64,000 bases of DNA, taken from positions 2,212,777-2,276,776 of the forward strand of contig NW_003314265.1 in assembly GCF_000143415.4 (NCBI RefSeq), written 5' to 3'. Numbering within the stretch: position 1 is the stretch's first letter; every line of letters starts with the position of its first letter. The translations under genes were made by a program, and so were the position numbers. This DNA is from Selaginella moellendorffii (lineage: Eukaryota; Plantae; Lycopodiophyta). Positions 31,155 to 42,742 of this stretch are shown one piece after another. The notes under the pieces are model-generated. The model saw nothing but the letters and a program-made list of their open reading frames with translations, did not search any database and was not told the DNA's origin.

Positions 31155-34100
31155 ATGGCTGGCAACGCATTTGCGGCATCGTGCCCGTGCTCCACAGTTC
31201 ACAGGCTCCGGATGTCGGAGTTTCGCAAGGATTACGATGCGCAGAGCTTCGCGATGCCGCCGGGGAGCGCCAGATCCAGGAAATCCTTCAGCGTCTCGGC
31301 CAAGAGCGAGAGAAGAGGAGCTGCTTCCACAGCGAAATCGGAGGGCAACAGGAGCTTCTCCAGGCGGTCTGTCATGGGGCTCGTCGCGTTGGTGTCGCCA
31401 GTGCTGCTTATCTCGGGAGGAGCAAAATCCGACGTTCCACACATAGAGGGTCAGTGCTTCTTTTTTCGATTTTCCTTGACTTTGTTTGCTTTGGGTTCCA
31501 GAATCCGAGAAACTGAGGCTCGACATGCTCCAATCCATCGAGAGGAGAATTGCCAGCAGGGCGGAGATATTGGCAAGCATTGAAACTCCTGCCAGTACCA
31601 CTGCACCATCTCTCAAGGAGGAAGCTATAGCTAGCGTTTCAAGTGAAGATTTATCAGTCGGCAAGGAAGTGGAGACCGTTACCCCTGCTCCATCTGTCAA
31701 CGAGGAAGCTATAGCTAGCGTTTCGAGCTCTGCCCCTGAAGATTTATCAGTCGGCAAGGAAGTGGAGCGCGTCTCATCCGATATTGCAGCACTTCCGGAG
31801 TTGCAAGTTGCGGCCACTCCTCCGGTTTTATCTTCCTCGGATGAGAAAGTCGTAGAGGCAGTCACAGCTCTCGAAGAGGTAATCGAAGAACTTGCCGATG
31901 CTTGACTCACTGTGTTTAAATTCCAGAAAAGCTCTCCGGAGAGTGGACCGCTAGGATTTTTAAATCTATTCGGTGTTGTCGGATCGGGAGTTCTTGGTGC
32001 GCTATATTGGTTGGAAGGTCAAGCTAAAAAAGCTACGAAGATGGCGTTAGCAGAGGTACATGCTATTTCTATTTGTGTCACTAGACATGGACACTCATCT
32101 GCCGTTGCGACCAGGCCAACTCGAAATTGGAAGAATCACAAGCTGCTATAATCGACATAAAGAGAAAACATCATACGGAGTTGGCTGATCAAAAGTCGGA
32201 TCTTATGAATAAGCTGACCGGATCAGAAGAAGAACGTGTAGAACTTTGCAACGAAATTACCATCCTCAAGTCGAATGCAAAGGAGATGCAGCTAAAGCTG
32301 GACAGCCAGAAAAACGTCAATCAGAACCTTGACAAGAAGGTGAAGGCCTACAGAGAAACAATCCAGGCCCTGGAGAGCAGTGTGCAAGCCGTCGAAGACA
32401 AGCTTGTGCAGGAAGAGCAGCGAAGGCAAGGTCTAGAGACCGAAGTCCGGAATGGAGGAGTTCAAATACGAGAGAGAGAAGAAAAGCTCGTTGGTCTAGA
32501 GGCAACCATTAAGGAACAGGAAAACACCGAGCAAGAGCTACGGTCAGACATTTTCACTACGAGAACTGCGTTGGTCGACGCCGAGGACAGGATACAAAAC
32601 CTCGTGAAAGAGTTGATCGTATCGCAGTCATGTCTGGAGGAGAGAGGGGACACTGTGCATGATTTGGAGGAACGTCTCGCGCAGGCAACAGCGAGAGCAG
32701 AGCAAGCGCAGCAAAGCTTGGCCAAAGCACAGGAGGAACTGACTGAGCTCCAAGCTGTGAGCAAGGAGCAGCTTCAAGTTGTAAATGCGGCACTAGCTTC
32801 CAAGGAAGGCGAAGTACAGGCAGCAAACTTGGAGCTGGATGCCGCTCGTGCCGAGGCTAAACAATCCGGCCTCGTCATAGAGAACTTCCAGCAGCAAGTG
32901 GAAGAACTGGAGCGAATTGTGGCACGGGAGCACGAGTCAGTGCAAAAGTTGACAGAAGATCTGAACTCCGCAGTCAATAGCCTTCGAGCGAAGACGAACG
33001 AGGCGTCGGCACTGGGCGCCGAGCTGACGTCCTACCAGAAGGAAATAGAGTCCCTGAGGAAGCAAAAGGAGGAGAGCAAGGCGATGACGGAGACAAAGCT
33101 GAAATCGCTGCGAGAGTCACTGCAAGCAGAGCAACTGGTGACGAGCCAGATGAAGCAGGAGCTGGACAACACGCGGACGAGCTTCCAGGCGTCGTCGATG
33201 GAGGTGAAGTCCCTGAGCGAGAAGCTGAAAGAAACGTTCCTGGTGAACAAGAAGGTGCAAGAGGAGCTGGAAGACGTCCGCCAGACGGCCGACGGCACCC
33301 TGGCTCTTCTAAACGACGAGAAGAAGAAGGTGGCACTGGCGGAGCAGCAGTACATGGAGACGCAAAAGGCTCTGGCCAGGGAGGAGCTACTCGTCCAGAG
33401 CTTGAGGTCCGAGTTCTCCAAGGCCATGGACGCCATGAACGACCTCCGCAAGCACCTCAACGCTCTGTCCAAGGACTTGCAAGACGCAAACGTCAAGGTG
33501 GCGTCGCTGGAGACGGAGAAGGCCATCCTCCAGGACGCACTCGCCAAGGAGACGAAGGTGGCCAGGAAGTTCAAGGACAAGGCGAGCTTCGCGGAGGGGG
33601 AGCTTACAAAGGTGGTGCGAGAGCGAGAAGGCTCGGTCTCCAAGGCTCGGAAGCTCGAGGACGAGCTCTCGGCGGCGGAGAGCGAGATGGGGAAGCTCAA
33701 GCAGCAGATGGTCGTGATGGGGACCGTCATCGACTCGGCCGAGACGAGGATGGGAAGCATCCACCAGGTAAATGCCGAGGTAGCCTCTCTGGCTAGAAAG
33801 TTTGAGGGCGTCGTCTCATCTAATGTGGAACAAAAACAAACACTCAAGCGTCAGGTACTCAAGCCGCTCGTCCGTCGCTAACATAAGTTTTCTTCTCTCC
33901 TTCTCGAGAACCAGATGGATAAATTGAAGGAGCAGTCCAAGGCAGCGTCTGATATCACCAGAGAGCTCAAGAACATGAAGAGGCTGCTCAATCACTTCCA
34001 ACAGGTAAGTGGTTCTAAGTTACTCTTCCAAGTTTGTTCTTGAGGTAAGTGGTTCTAAGTTTCTTAATGCTTTTCTTTGAGTTTTTCATTTTTGAGCTAA

Positions 34101-34359
34101 TTGGTTCTAAGTTAGCTTCTTAGAGTTTTTTTTTTTTTTGGTTTTTCATACTTGAGCTAAGTGGTCTAAGTTACTCTTCCAAGTTTCTTCTTGAGCCCTT
34201 AGCGTTGTTTTTAATTCTCGAGAGTTTCACTAACAACCTTTGTTTCGATTTGTTCTTTCGCAGAATCTAAATGAAGCGGAGCTCGATCGAGTAGAAGCTG
34301 AGGCTGCGTTGCAAGCGGCCGTGCAGAGAAACATGGTGACAGTGTCGGAAGAAGCTTAA
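31155..34359 (+). CDS. MAR-binding filament-like protein 1 (MFP1)-like plastid coiled-coil protein, multi-exon
   Basis: Transit peptide with an SRR motif followed by a hydrophobic stretch, TM segment FLNLFGVVGSGVLGALYW, ~600-aa coiled coil; stop TAA 34357-34359. Confidence 0.75.
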
Positions 34360-34522
34360 AACAGGAAGATCTTCCAACGTGTATAGTAAAACTTGCTTAC
34401 TTTATAGAATATTCTGTTACAAGAATCTGCCGTCAGTGCAGGAATATACCGTTGTTTGAATGAGGGCAAAGACCAGTGAGTCATATTGTTTTTTCTTCTT
34501 GTGCGCTTGGCGGGCGAGAGCT

Positions 34523-35716
34523 ATGGAAATCCCCGAGAATCTCAAGGAGCGATTCACTGCGATGGGGAGCAAGCTCAAGATCGGCGGCGCCGAGGTCGGC
34601 CGCAAGGTCTCGGCGCAGATGACCGTGGTGGGAGGTAGGGTCAAGGAGCTGTTCCAGCCGCCATCGCCGAGCGAGCGGATGATCGAGGAGGCGACGGCCG
34701 CGAACCTGCGATCGCCGGACTGGGGGAGGTTCATGGAAATCTGCGACATGCTTGGCGATGGCCGGGTCTCCGGGCAGGACGTGGCGCGCGGGATCAAGAA
34801 GAGGATCGCGAACAAGAATGCGGGCGTTCAGCTGCTGGCGCTGGCGCTGCTGGAGGCGTGCGTCAAGAACCACGAGAAGATGTTCTCAGAGATTGCGTCG
34901 GAGAGGATTCTGGACGACATGGTGAGGATGGCCGAGGATCCACAGGCGTGGCCGCGCTGCCGGGACAAGGCGCTGGCGATGATCGAGGCCTGGGGTGAGG
35001 CTACCGAGGAGCTTGGCTACTTGCCCGTCTACGAGGAGACTTACAAGGTAAGAGAAGGAAAGAGCTTTTATTTTCTAGAGCTCGGTTGCTTAGTTTTAAC
35101 TTCTTTTCCAGAGCATGAGAGCACGGGGAGTGAGATTTCCTGGCCGCGACCCTTCGAGCTTGTCTCCCATCTTTACGCCCAAATCGTCACCTTCGGCTCC
35201 TTCTCTGCCGGATAGCGCGAGTGGTTTCTCCGGGGCTAGCGTGATCAACATGGGACGTCTTTCGGACAGTGCCACTTTGGACGTTGCCAAGAACAGCGTC
35301 GAAGTTCTCTCAAACGTACTAACATCCTCCAATCAGCACCAGGATGTTTCCAAAGTGAGTGTTTCCAAAGCCTTTTCGTTTGGTTTTTATATTATGCCTT
35401 CTCCTGGATGTTCCAGGACGAGCTTACCATGTCTTTGGTCGAGCAATGCAAGCAAGCGCAGCGTAGAGTGCAGCAAGTAGCTCAAAGAGCTGGCGAGGGC
35501 GACCCCATACTCTTCCAGGCACTGGCCGTGAACGACGAGCTAGACCAGGTTCTTGAGAAGTTTAGCGAGTTCTGTGTCTCGTCCTCTTCGTCGCAGCAAA
35601 GCAAGCCAGCGGAACCGGCTCTCGTGACAGCCTTCGTCCAGGAAGATCAGAGCTATGACCCGCTATCAGATCTCGACGAAGAAGAGGAAGTGGCAAAGGC
35701 GCACCGAAAGGTGTGA
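34523..35716 (+). CDS. TOM1-like (TOL) VHS-GAT endosomal sorting protein, 3 exons
   Basis: VHS (IEEATAANLRSPDWGRFMEICD...LALALLEACVKN), GVRFPGRD, GAT (DELTMSLVEQCKQ...LFQALAVNDEL). Confidence 0.92.
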
Positions 35717-35817
35717 TGAAAGATTATCATCGTGGTTTCATATTGCTCCCTCTTTTTGTAGGAACCGAACGATCATATATACAATCGCCGCTAAAGAGAC
35801 TTCGCAGCCATTCTTTC

Positions 35818-37078
35818 TCACGGATTTTTGGGATGCTCTTCGCTGGTCTTGGCCTGCTCTGGATCGTTCTCCAGGGCTTCGTAGGTGTTAGCGGGATTCT
35901 CCTCGACCTTGTCAGCTTCGTAGTAGAGGAAGTAGTGCTGGAAGACGAAGAGAATGTCGAAGGCGATACTTTCCTACAGAGAACGCGAAAGATTAGAATC
36001 ACAGTACCGAGAGCAAACATACCAGCGAGAGTCCCAGTTTGCCAACGTTCCCGGAGAAGTTCTCGGTGGAGTCTGCGATTGGAGAGCCAGATCTTTAAAC
36101 GAGAACGAAAACTGGAAAGGCTTACGTTGGTCGATGGATTGCACGGCCATCTGGAGAATGTTGGCGATTCCACCCGACAAGTCCAGGAGAATGTTTCCTA
36201 TGCTCCAGCCAACGGTGCTCTTCCTCCTGAAGTTCATCCAGGCCTGAGTTTTAATCGCATGAAAACGGTGTTGTTAACACTCTGTGTGATGTGATTTGCA
36301 GGGAAGTTTACCTGAGGGATGTACTTGATCGCTGTCATCACCAGTTGTATGATGCTGCGCAAGGATTTTTCATGCCAAGAATGTTCACAGAAAGAGAATT
36401 GGATCTTACTTGAAAACTTGGACGAGCCACAGCCAGCGGCCGCTGGGAAATGCTACGATGAGACAGATCAATCCGGCTAGCCAAGCTCCCAGGGACACCA
36501 AAGCTCCGGCCTTGGACACCCTTTGTCCTCCTCTCTAAAGCGACACAAACGTAAGCTTGTCACCTTCTTCTTCTTTCTTACCTCATACAGGAAAACTTGC
36601 AGGATAGTGAATCCTGTGAGGAGCACGGCATGGATCGAGAAAGCAACGTCGTTTGGAGCAACTGGAATCATCTGGAAGGTGAAAAAACGGAAAAAACGAT
36701 TCAGTGTTCTTCGTCTGTTGCTCAATTACGCACCTCATCAGCGCCATACTTGTCGTGGTACTGCCTTTGGACGACAGGGCTGAAGAAGACGGCGGCGTTG
36801 TAGATGAGATACGAGGAATGCTTGGTGAAGTTGAGCAACAGGAAATCGAAGTTGAGCCCCACGACGCTGCAAGCAATCGAAAACTAGCTCGAGAAAAGGA
36901 AGCAAAAAACGCAAAGGGGAGGGAGCGAGGAAGTATTCTTCCCGCGATCGAATGCGTACCTCTTTCGCCGGAAATTGAGCAGCACTTGCGGATAGAAGCT
37001 GATCGACCACACCGTGAATGCAAACCATCCGAGAATTTGATAGATCACGGCCAAGGCGCTGGAATGCCAAGACGCCAT
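35818..37078 (-). CDS. Cystinosin homologue (PQ-loop transporter), copy A
   Basis: [71 protein letters not shown]; YEAL sorting-like motif in the tail. Confidence 0.93.
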
Positions 37079-37329
37079 TCTTTCTCCCTCGACAACCCCT
37101 AATCAACTTCACGAATCTTATGTACACCCCCGAGGTTCCTTGTACCTGGCCCAAAACCCAGGGGGACAATCCTAGCCGTTCGATAATCTGAAATGAATTG
37201 GCATTAATTTGTTTGAAAATTTCACGACACATTTGAATGATGGCTGCTCGTACCAAGAGATCTAGCTACTTTGGGACTTTGTTTTAAAACTTTTCTCAGC
37301 TTATATCTATCTATCTATATTTTGTTTTG

Positions 37330-38640
37330 GTAGTCTTGTGGTGCCCAACAACAAAGCATGAGACTATGCAAACAAATTTGCAAGTTTGTTGTATGTACCT
37401 TGGATCCTCTTGAAGTTCGTGTCTTCACGTCCATATGCTTAGAACCTAGCCAAAGCCTGTTTGATGCCACTGTAACTACTAGAGTGAGTAAACTCCATAC
37501 CCTCAATTTGTGTGAAGCCTCTAGTGACCAGTCTCGCTTTGAAACGCACGACCTCACCACCTGGACCCAGCTTCATGCACAAGATCAGCTTCAAGGATAC
37601 CACATGATGTGGACGAAACCATGTCTGATTGTGGTGATTGTGATGAGCTTGATTAACAGCTGCCAGGCTACTGCCAGCTATTATGCTGCTTGAGGAGACG
37701 TCTTAGCTTCAAGGATTGTGGAAGGAAGCTGTTTCTTAGCAGCAGTAAACATGGCTTGACGAGGATTAAAACTCGTATCTGTGTCTTCTCAACAAGCTCT
37801 TGATAATACTCTGTTCCCCTAGATATATATAAAACCAGGAACACCTAACACGCTCAGGAGCAGGAGGATCTAGTATCACTGGTGCACCACAGCTAGCTCG
37901 TTGTAAATCACCATCCACTTTAGTTGGGAGAAGGGTTTAGGGGCACTCTGAGTGAAGAAGTTGTTGATTGTATGCTCTCCCCTGAAGAGTCAGTAGCTGA
38001 ATACTCTACCCTGAAGTTGAAGCACCACGAGAATTCTGCTGAAGAGACACCTGCCAAAACTAGAAACTCTTTGTCTTCATCCTTCCAAGGAGTCAGAGGC
38101 ATAGATGCTGGAATGCCTGGAGGTTCTCTAGCTGGAGGTAACACAGCTTTGTCGTGAAGTTGAGAGTACATGTGATTCTCATGAAACACCACATGTATGC
38201 TAACCAGCTCAATCCAGCAATCCAAGTCCAGCAATTGATAAGTTTTATAAATGTCATCATAGCTGATGAAGACACTGGACTTCACATCCAATTTATGCCT
38301 CTCGTCTGGGATATGAGCAACAGCCAAATCTACGAAGTTATTTCCCCATGCCTGTTCAAGTACTATGGTTAACATCTTATTTAGGACATACACTTCTGTA
38401 ACCACAGTACAATCCCAAAAGCTTGGTAGGAGAGATGAGTCATAGCTGTCATAGCAGTTGAAGCCTTCAACCACCCCGTTCATCCAAGGAGTATATGGGA
38501 CTGTGACTTATCTCTGGATTCCTACTTTCTCACATAACACTGCAAAAGCTCTAGAAGTGTATTCGCCACCCCATCATCAATAAAAACCTTTTCTTTTGAC
38601 ATGAAACAATCTACAAACATCATTTAAGCCATCTGAATAA
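37330..38640 (-). mobile_element. Degenerate Ty1/Copia retrotransposon, 3' part (integrase core, SH3-like region, RNase H remnant)
   Basis: Minus-strand translation GGEYTSRAFAVLCEKVGI..TVPYTPWMNGVVE, PDERHKLDVKS...HVVFHE, SKHMDVK; stops and frameshifts. Confidence 0.75.
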
Positions 38641-40536
38641 AAGGTGATTAATCTTGTGTCAAGCCAAATATCTATTGCTCCCCCTTGGTGTCTTAGCTCC
38701 AGCGATCCAGGCATAAAATCTTGGGGTCAAGATATTGGCTTCTAGTGGCTTAAACCAAAGGAAGACACCAGATACTTAGGGATTCAGGTTGGAACAAGAT
38801 TCAGCACAACACTTCAGGATGACACCCTGCTCCGGAAGATACAAACATCAATACAGAAATGGGCTTCTAAGATACTTGGTTTGCCAACGAGAGTGGCTGT
38901 GGCCAGGAGTGTCATCTTGCCCAATATTTGGTACCACCTCTTGATCTGGCCAGTTCTTGAACACACTCTTAAAAAGGTATGCACAATGGTACATAAATAT
39001 GTGTTGCAGGGTGTGCCACAGGGCGAATCATGGCAAAGGTTGTGTGGCAGTCCATAGCACGCCCAAGAGTGTTAGGAGGACTTGGAATTATCAACCCGAG
39101 TGACATGGCAAAGGCATTACAATACAAGATTCTCTTACTGGGCCTCCAACCAGGTAACCAACCGTGGAGACTTATGTTCAAGCAGAGTTTGCTTGCAATC
39201 CAACCTAGGCATAACATTGTGAGATAGTGGGCAGAAGATCCACATTGGTTATTTGCTAAAGGGCCAAAGCAAGTAGTCAAAAGAGGCATATTGGTCCAAA
39301 GGATTCTCAGGCTGTGGTGTGAGTTTCTAGTTAGCTGAGAGCTACTAAAGGACTCTCAAGCAATTGATGGGAATGTTAGACAAGGATGTGAGGAAGACAA
39401 TAAAGTGCATATAAGTCTTCAATCTAGAGTAGTCGAGGAAAGTTCATCTAGACCTTTTTTGCATCATTAGCACAGTGAGTGAAGCAAAGAGGGGGCAGTT
39501 TTGGCCCAGCTAAGGCCTCAAACTTGGAGATTTTGTAGCATTGCAATGCAATGCTGAACTGGACGGGGAGTGAGTTAGATTAGGAGCCTGGATATGGGCA
39601 TTCACAGCACTTACACTAGCATAAGACAATGGAGATGTGGAGGTATGGTTTGTAGTATCTTCTGAACAGAATGTAGGTCATCCCTTTTGTGTTGTGAGAG
39701 GCAATATGCTGTTGCCAGACGGGGACAAATAGGCCATGTTAATGGTGATGGATGATAAAGGGTAGGATTTTAGTAGTACAATAGGCCCCAAAGCAATTGG
39801 TAGTGGTTCAGTCAAAGGCCATAGTCGAGGGGGATGACACCCTTAGTTGGTAGTGACAGCAGTTCATTGAGGATTTGAATTTGGATATTGTAGTATGGAA
39901 ATGTGGCATGAGGAGTTTCTTCTCATTTGAAGTCAAGGAAGTGCAAGATGGCCTCTTGACAAGTAGGGAGGAAGCTCGTGGGGAGATCCCCAATCTTTGG
40001 AGGAGGTGGATCGAGCAAGGAGTTAAGGCAAATTAAGTGGTGGGCAATACACCTGCTTTTTGGAAACTACTCGTACAACAGAAAGTCAAGGCCACCTCTT
40101 GGTTGGTAGCAAACAATGGGTTGCCAATGGGCCAACAATTCCAGGAGGAAGCATGCTAATGATACAAGGAGTGTGGCAAACTAGAGATGATACAACACAT
40201 TTTGTGGGACTACAATATGGCAAGAGAGGTATAACGTCAAATTCTCAAAGTGTCACAAGAATTAGGAGATGTTCTAGAGTTTCAAACTCGGAGTGGGGAC
40301 GTTCTCCATTGGTTTGAAGGAGCTTGAGGTCCGGCCACTAGTTCAGTGTGGAGACATATTCAACATTGAGGTCGACATGGATGGAGCATGCAAGTTTGGT
40401 GGGACATGATAGGGGTTGAAGTTGGTATATCCGTATGGGAGGCAATGGGCCACAAGTGTTAGTTTATTTGGAGAGCCACAAGGGTGCAAGCACTTTGGGA
40501 GGGAGGCACAGAACCATTATCACTTCGATAGACAAT
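38640..40536 (+). mobile_element. Degenerate 5'-truncated L1-type LINE (end of RT and ORF2 C-terminal region)
   Basis: RYLGIQVG, KIQTSIQKWASKILGLPTRVAVARSVILPNIWY, KVVWQSIARPRVLGGLGIIN; many stops. Boundaries approximate. Confidence 0.78.
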
Positions 40537-42320
40537 TGTCGCAAATATGACTTTAGGTATTGAAAGTTACTTGTCGGCTAGTCCTTACGGACACTCTTTT
40601 CTTACTGCCACGATGGCAAAAAGTCGGTATTGCTAGTTCCCTTTATCAACCCCTCTTGTTCAAGTGTTAGTAAACAAGGTTTAGCATCTGTACTTAGCCA
40701 AATGGACATAAGGTAGGAACTCCTATATATTTCTAGCTTAGCATACTTGGCCTGGCTCTTAGTTCTCTTTTGCTTTGTTTTGCACTGGCTTAACAAGAAC
40801 CCTCGCGTATTGAGATTAGTCCCTCAATATCGTTGGATGATAGCTTACTGTGTCTGCTAAACACCCTCGCTATCATGCCCTTTGTGTTAGTCTTATTTCG
40901 GTCCCAAATGCTATTTATAGAAAGTGTCTAGATTTGCTCATTGGGTATATCTATGGAATGTAGAGATTGTCTTGAACACAATAGTGTTCGTCCCATGTCC
41001 AAATTCACAATCTAGTGCTATTCCATATTTAGTAAGTTTCGAGCTTGTCTTAGAAACTAACTCCTGATACTAAGAGAGGCTTGGGGTGAAAGCCCAAAGC
41101 GTGTGTTCCTCAAAAGCGAGGGGGGGGTAATGGCAGTTCCAAATGTATAGTAGGGATAGTGGGTAGGTTAGACATGGCCGACCAACCTAAGGCATAGTCT
41201 AGCTCCCACTTGCGTGTTTGTCTGTAAGCTCCTGAATTTGAACTTCCCGGTAAGTCAGTAATATTCAAACCCAAGGACACTGTAGGCGACTAAATTTTCC
41301 ATTCTACTTTAGTCACTTAACCACACCTCCAATCACTTGGAGGAGTCTCACTCACAACCTCCATAAGTCCTATTTCAGACTTGGGCTTGCTAGCCCCGAG
41401 AATGGCATCCCCACCACTCAACCTTTGCACTTGATCCAAGTGCTCCACGTGTCTGATCCCATGACCGACACCCCAAAGTACCACTGACATATCAGCCCGT
41501 TACGCTAAGGCCATGCCCCTTTACCTTGGTCACACCAGCGGTCTAACACCACCTACATCACAGTCCCATTTCTCAAGGACTGAGCCATCCGTCCATGAAT
41601 GTTCATTCCAGATCCACTCCTTAGCATCCTTAAGATGCTCATAGACATGGGGAATAGCCTTCCCCAATACCCCTTTTCCGGTCTTCACCAAGTCCCGTTC
41701 TGCCCATAGCCGTGTTCACCAACACTGCCATTGGATCGAGGCCCACAGGCCTGACCACTAAGTCCCACAGTCCTCTGGGACTTCCTCACCACTCGACTAT
41801 ATCCTTGGTCACTACACCGGAGGACTACTCCTCTTCCTTTCCACAATCTAGGCCTTTGGGACAACATTTCGGAACACCATGGCCCTACGCGGGCCTCATG
41901 GGTACTCTCCCCGCTTTCCGCCTTTGGGTGCTCTAGCCATGGGCTTAGAGCGAGGTTCCGTTGAGCCACACCTGGTATCCAAGTAGGTAGTGTCACCCAC
42001 ACTTGGACTAGGAGCATCGGCCAGTCGATCTCCCGGGGGAACTAGAGCCGGCTCTTGAACACTTCACCAAGCTACCCCGCTTGTCGGTCCGTATTCACTC
42101 TAGTCTTGGACTTCCCAGTGGTCAGTTCATCACCCAACACTGGGTATGGCCTTCCCGAGCCAAACTAGCCTTTCCTGGCCCAAACTGGCCTTTCCTGGCC
42201 AAATTGGCTCCACTGGGCTCCAACCCCCACCCTCTCCCTACTATACTTTTGGAACCCCCCGCAGCCCCCCCCCGGGGGACGATCGCTTTGGGCTTTCACC
42301 CAACTGCCTGTATTAGTATT

Positions 42321-42742
42321 CGGACTCGGACTCGGGCTCGAACTCGGACTCGGTCTCGGTCCCGATTTCGGACTCGGACTCAGTCTCGGTCTCGGTCCCG
42401 ATTTCGGACTCGGACTCAGTCTCGGTCTCGGTCTTGGCCTCAGTCTCGGTCTCAGTCTCGGTCTCGGTCTCGGTTCCACCTCGGACTCCATCTCGGACTC
42501 CATCTCGGGTCCATCTCAGACTCCATCTCGGACTCCATCTCGGGTCCATCTCGGACTCCATCTCAGATCCATCTCGGACTCCATCTCGGACTCCATCTCA
42601 GACTCCATCTCGGACTCCATCTCAGACTCCATCTCGGACTCCATCTCGGGTCCATCTTGGACTCCATCTCGGGTCCATCTCAGACTCCATCTCGGACTCC
42701 ATATTGGACTCCAACTCGGGTCCGCCTCAGACTCCATCTCGG
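42321..42742. repeat. 6-bp/12-bp minisatellite in left LTR (GGACTC/GGTCTC then GGACTCCATCTC units)
   Basis: Directly visible tandem array. Confidence 0.95.

Noticed and set aside
42480-42742. CRISPR-like array
   Set aside because: Head-to-tail 12-bp units with no unique spacers, eukaryotic context and no cas genes.
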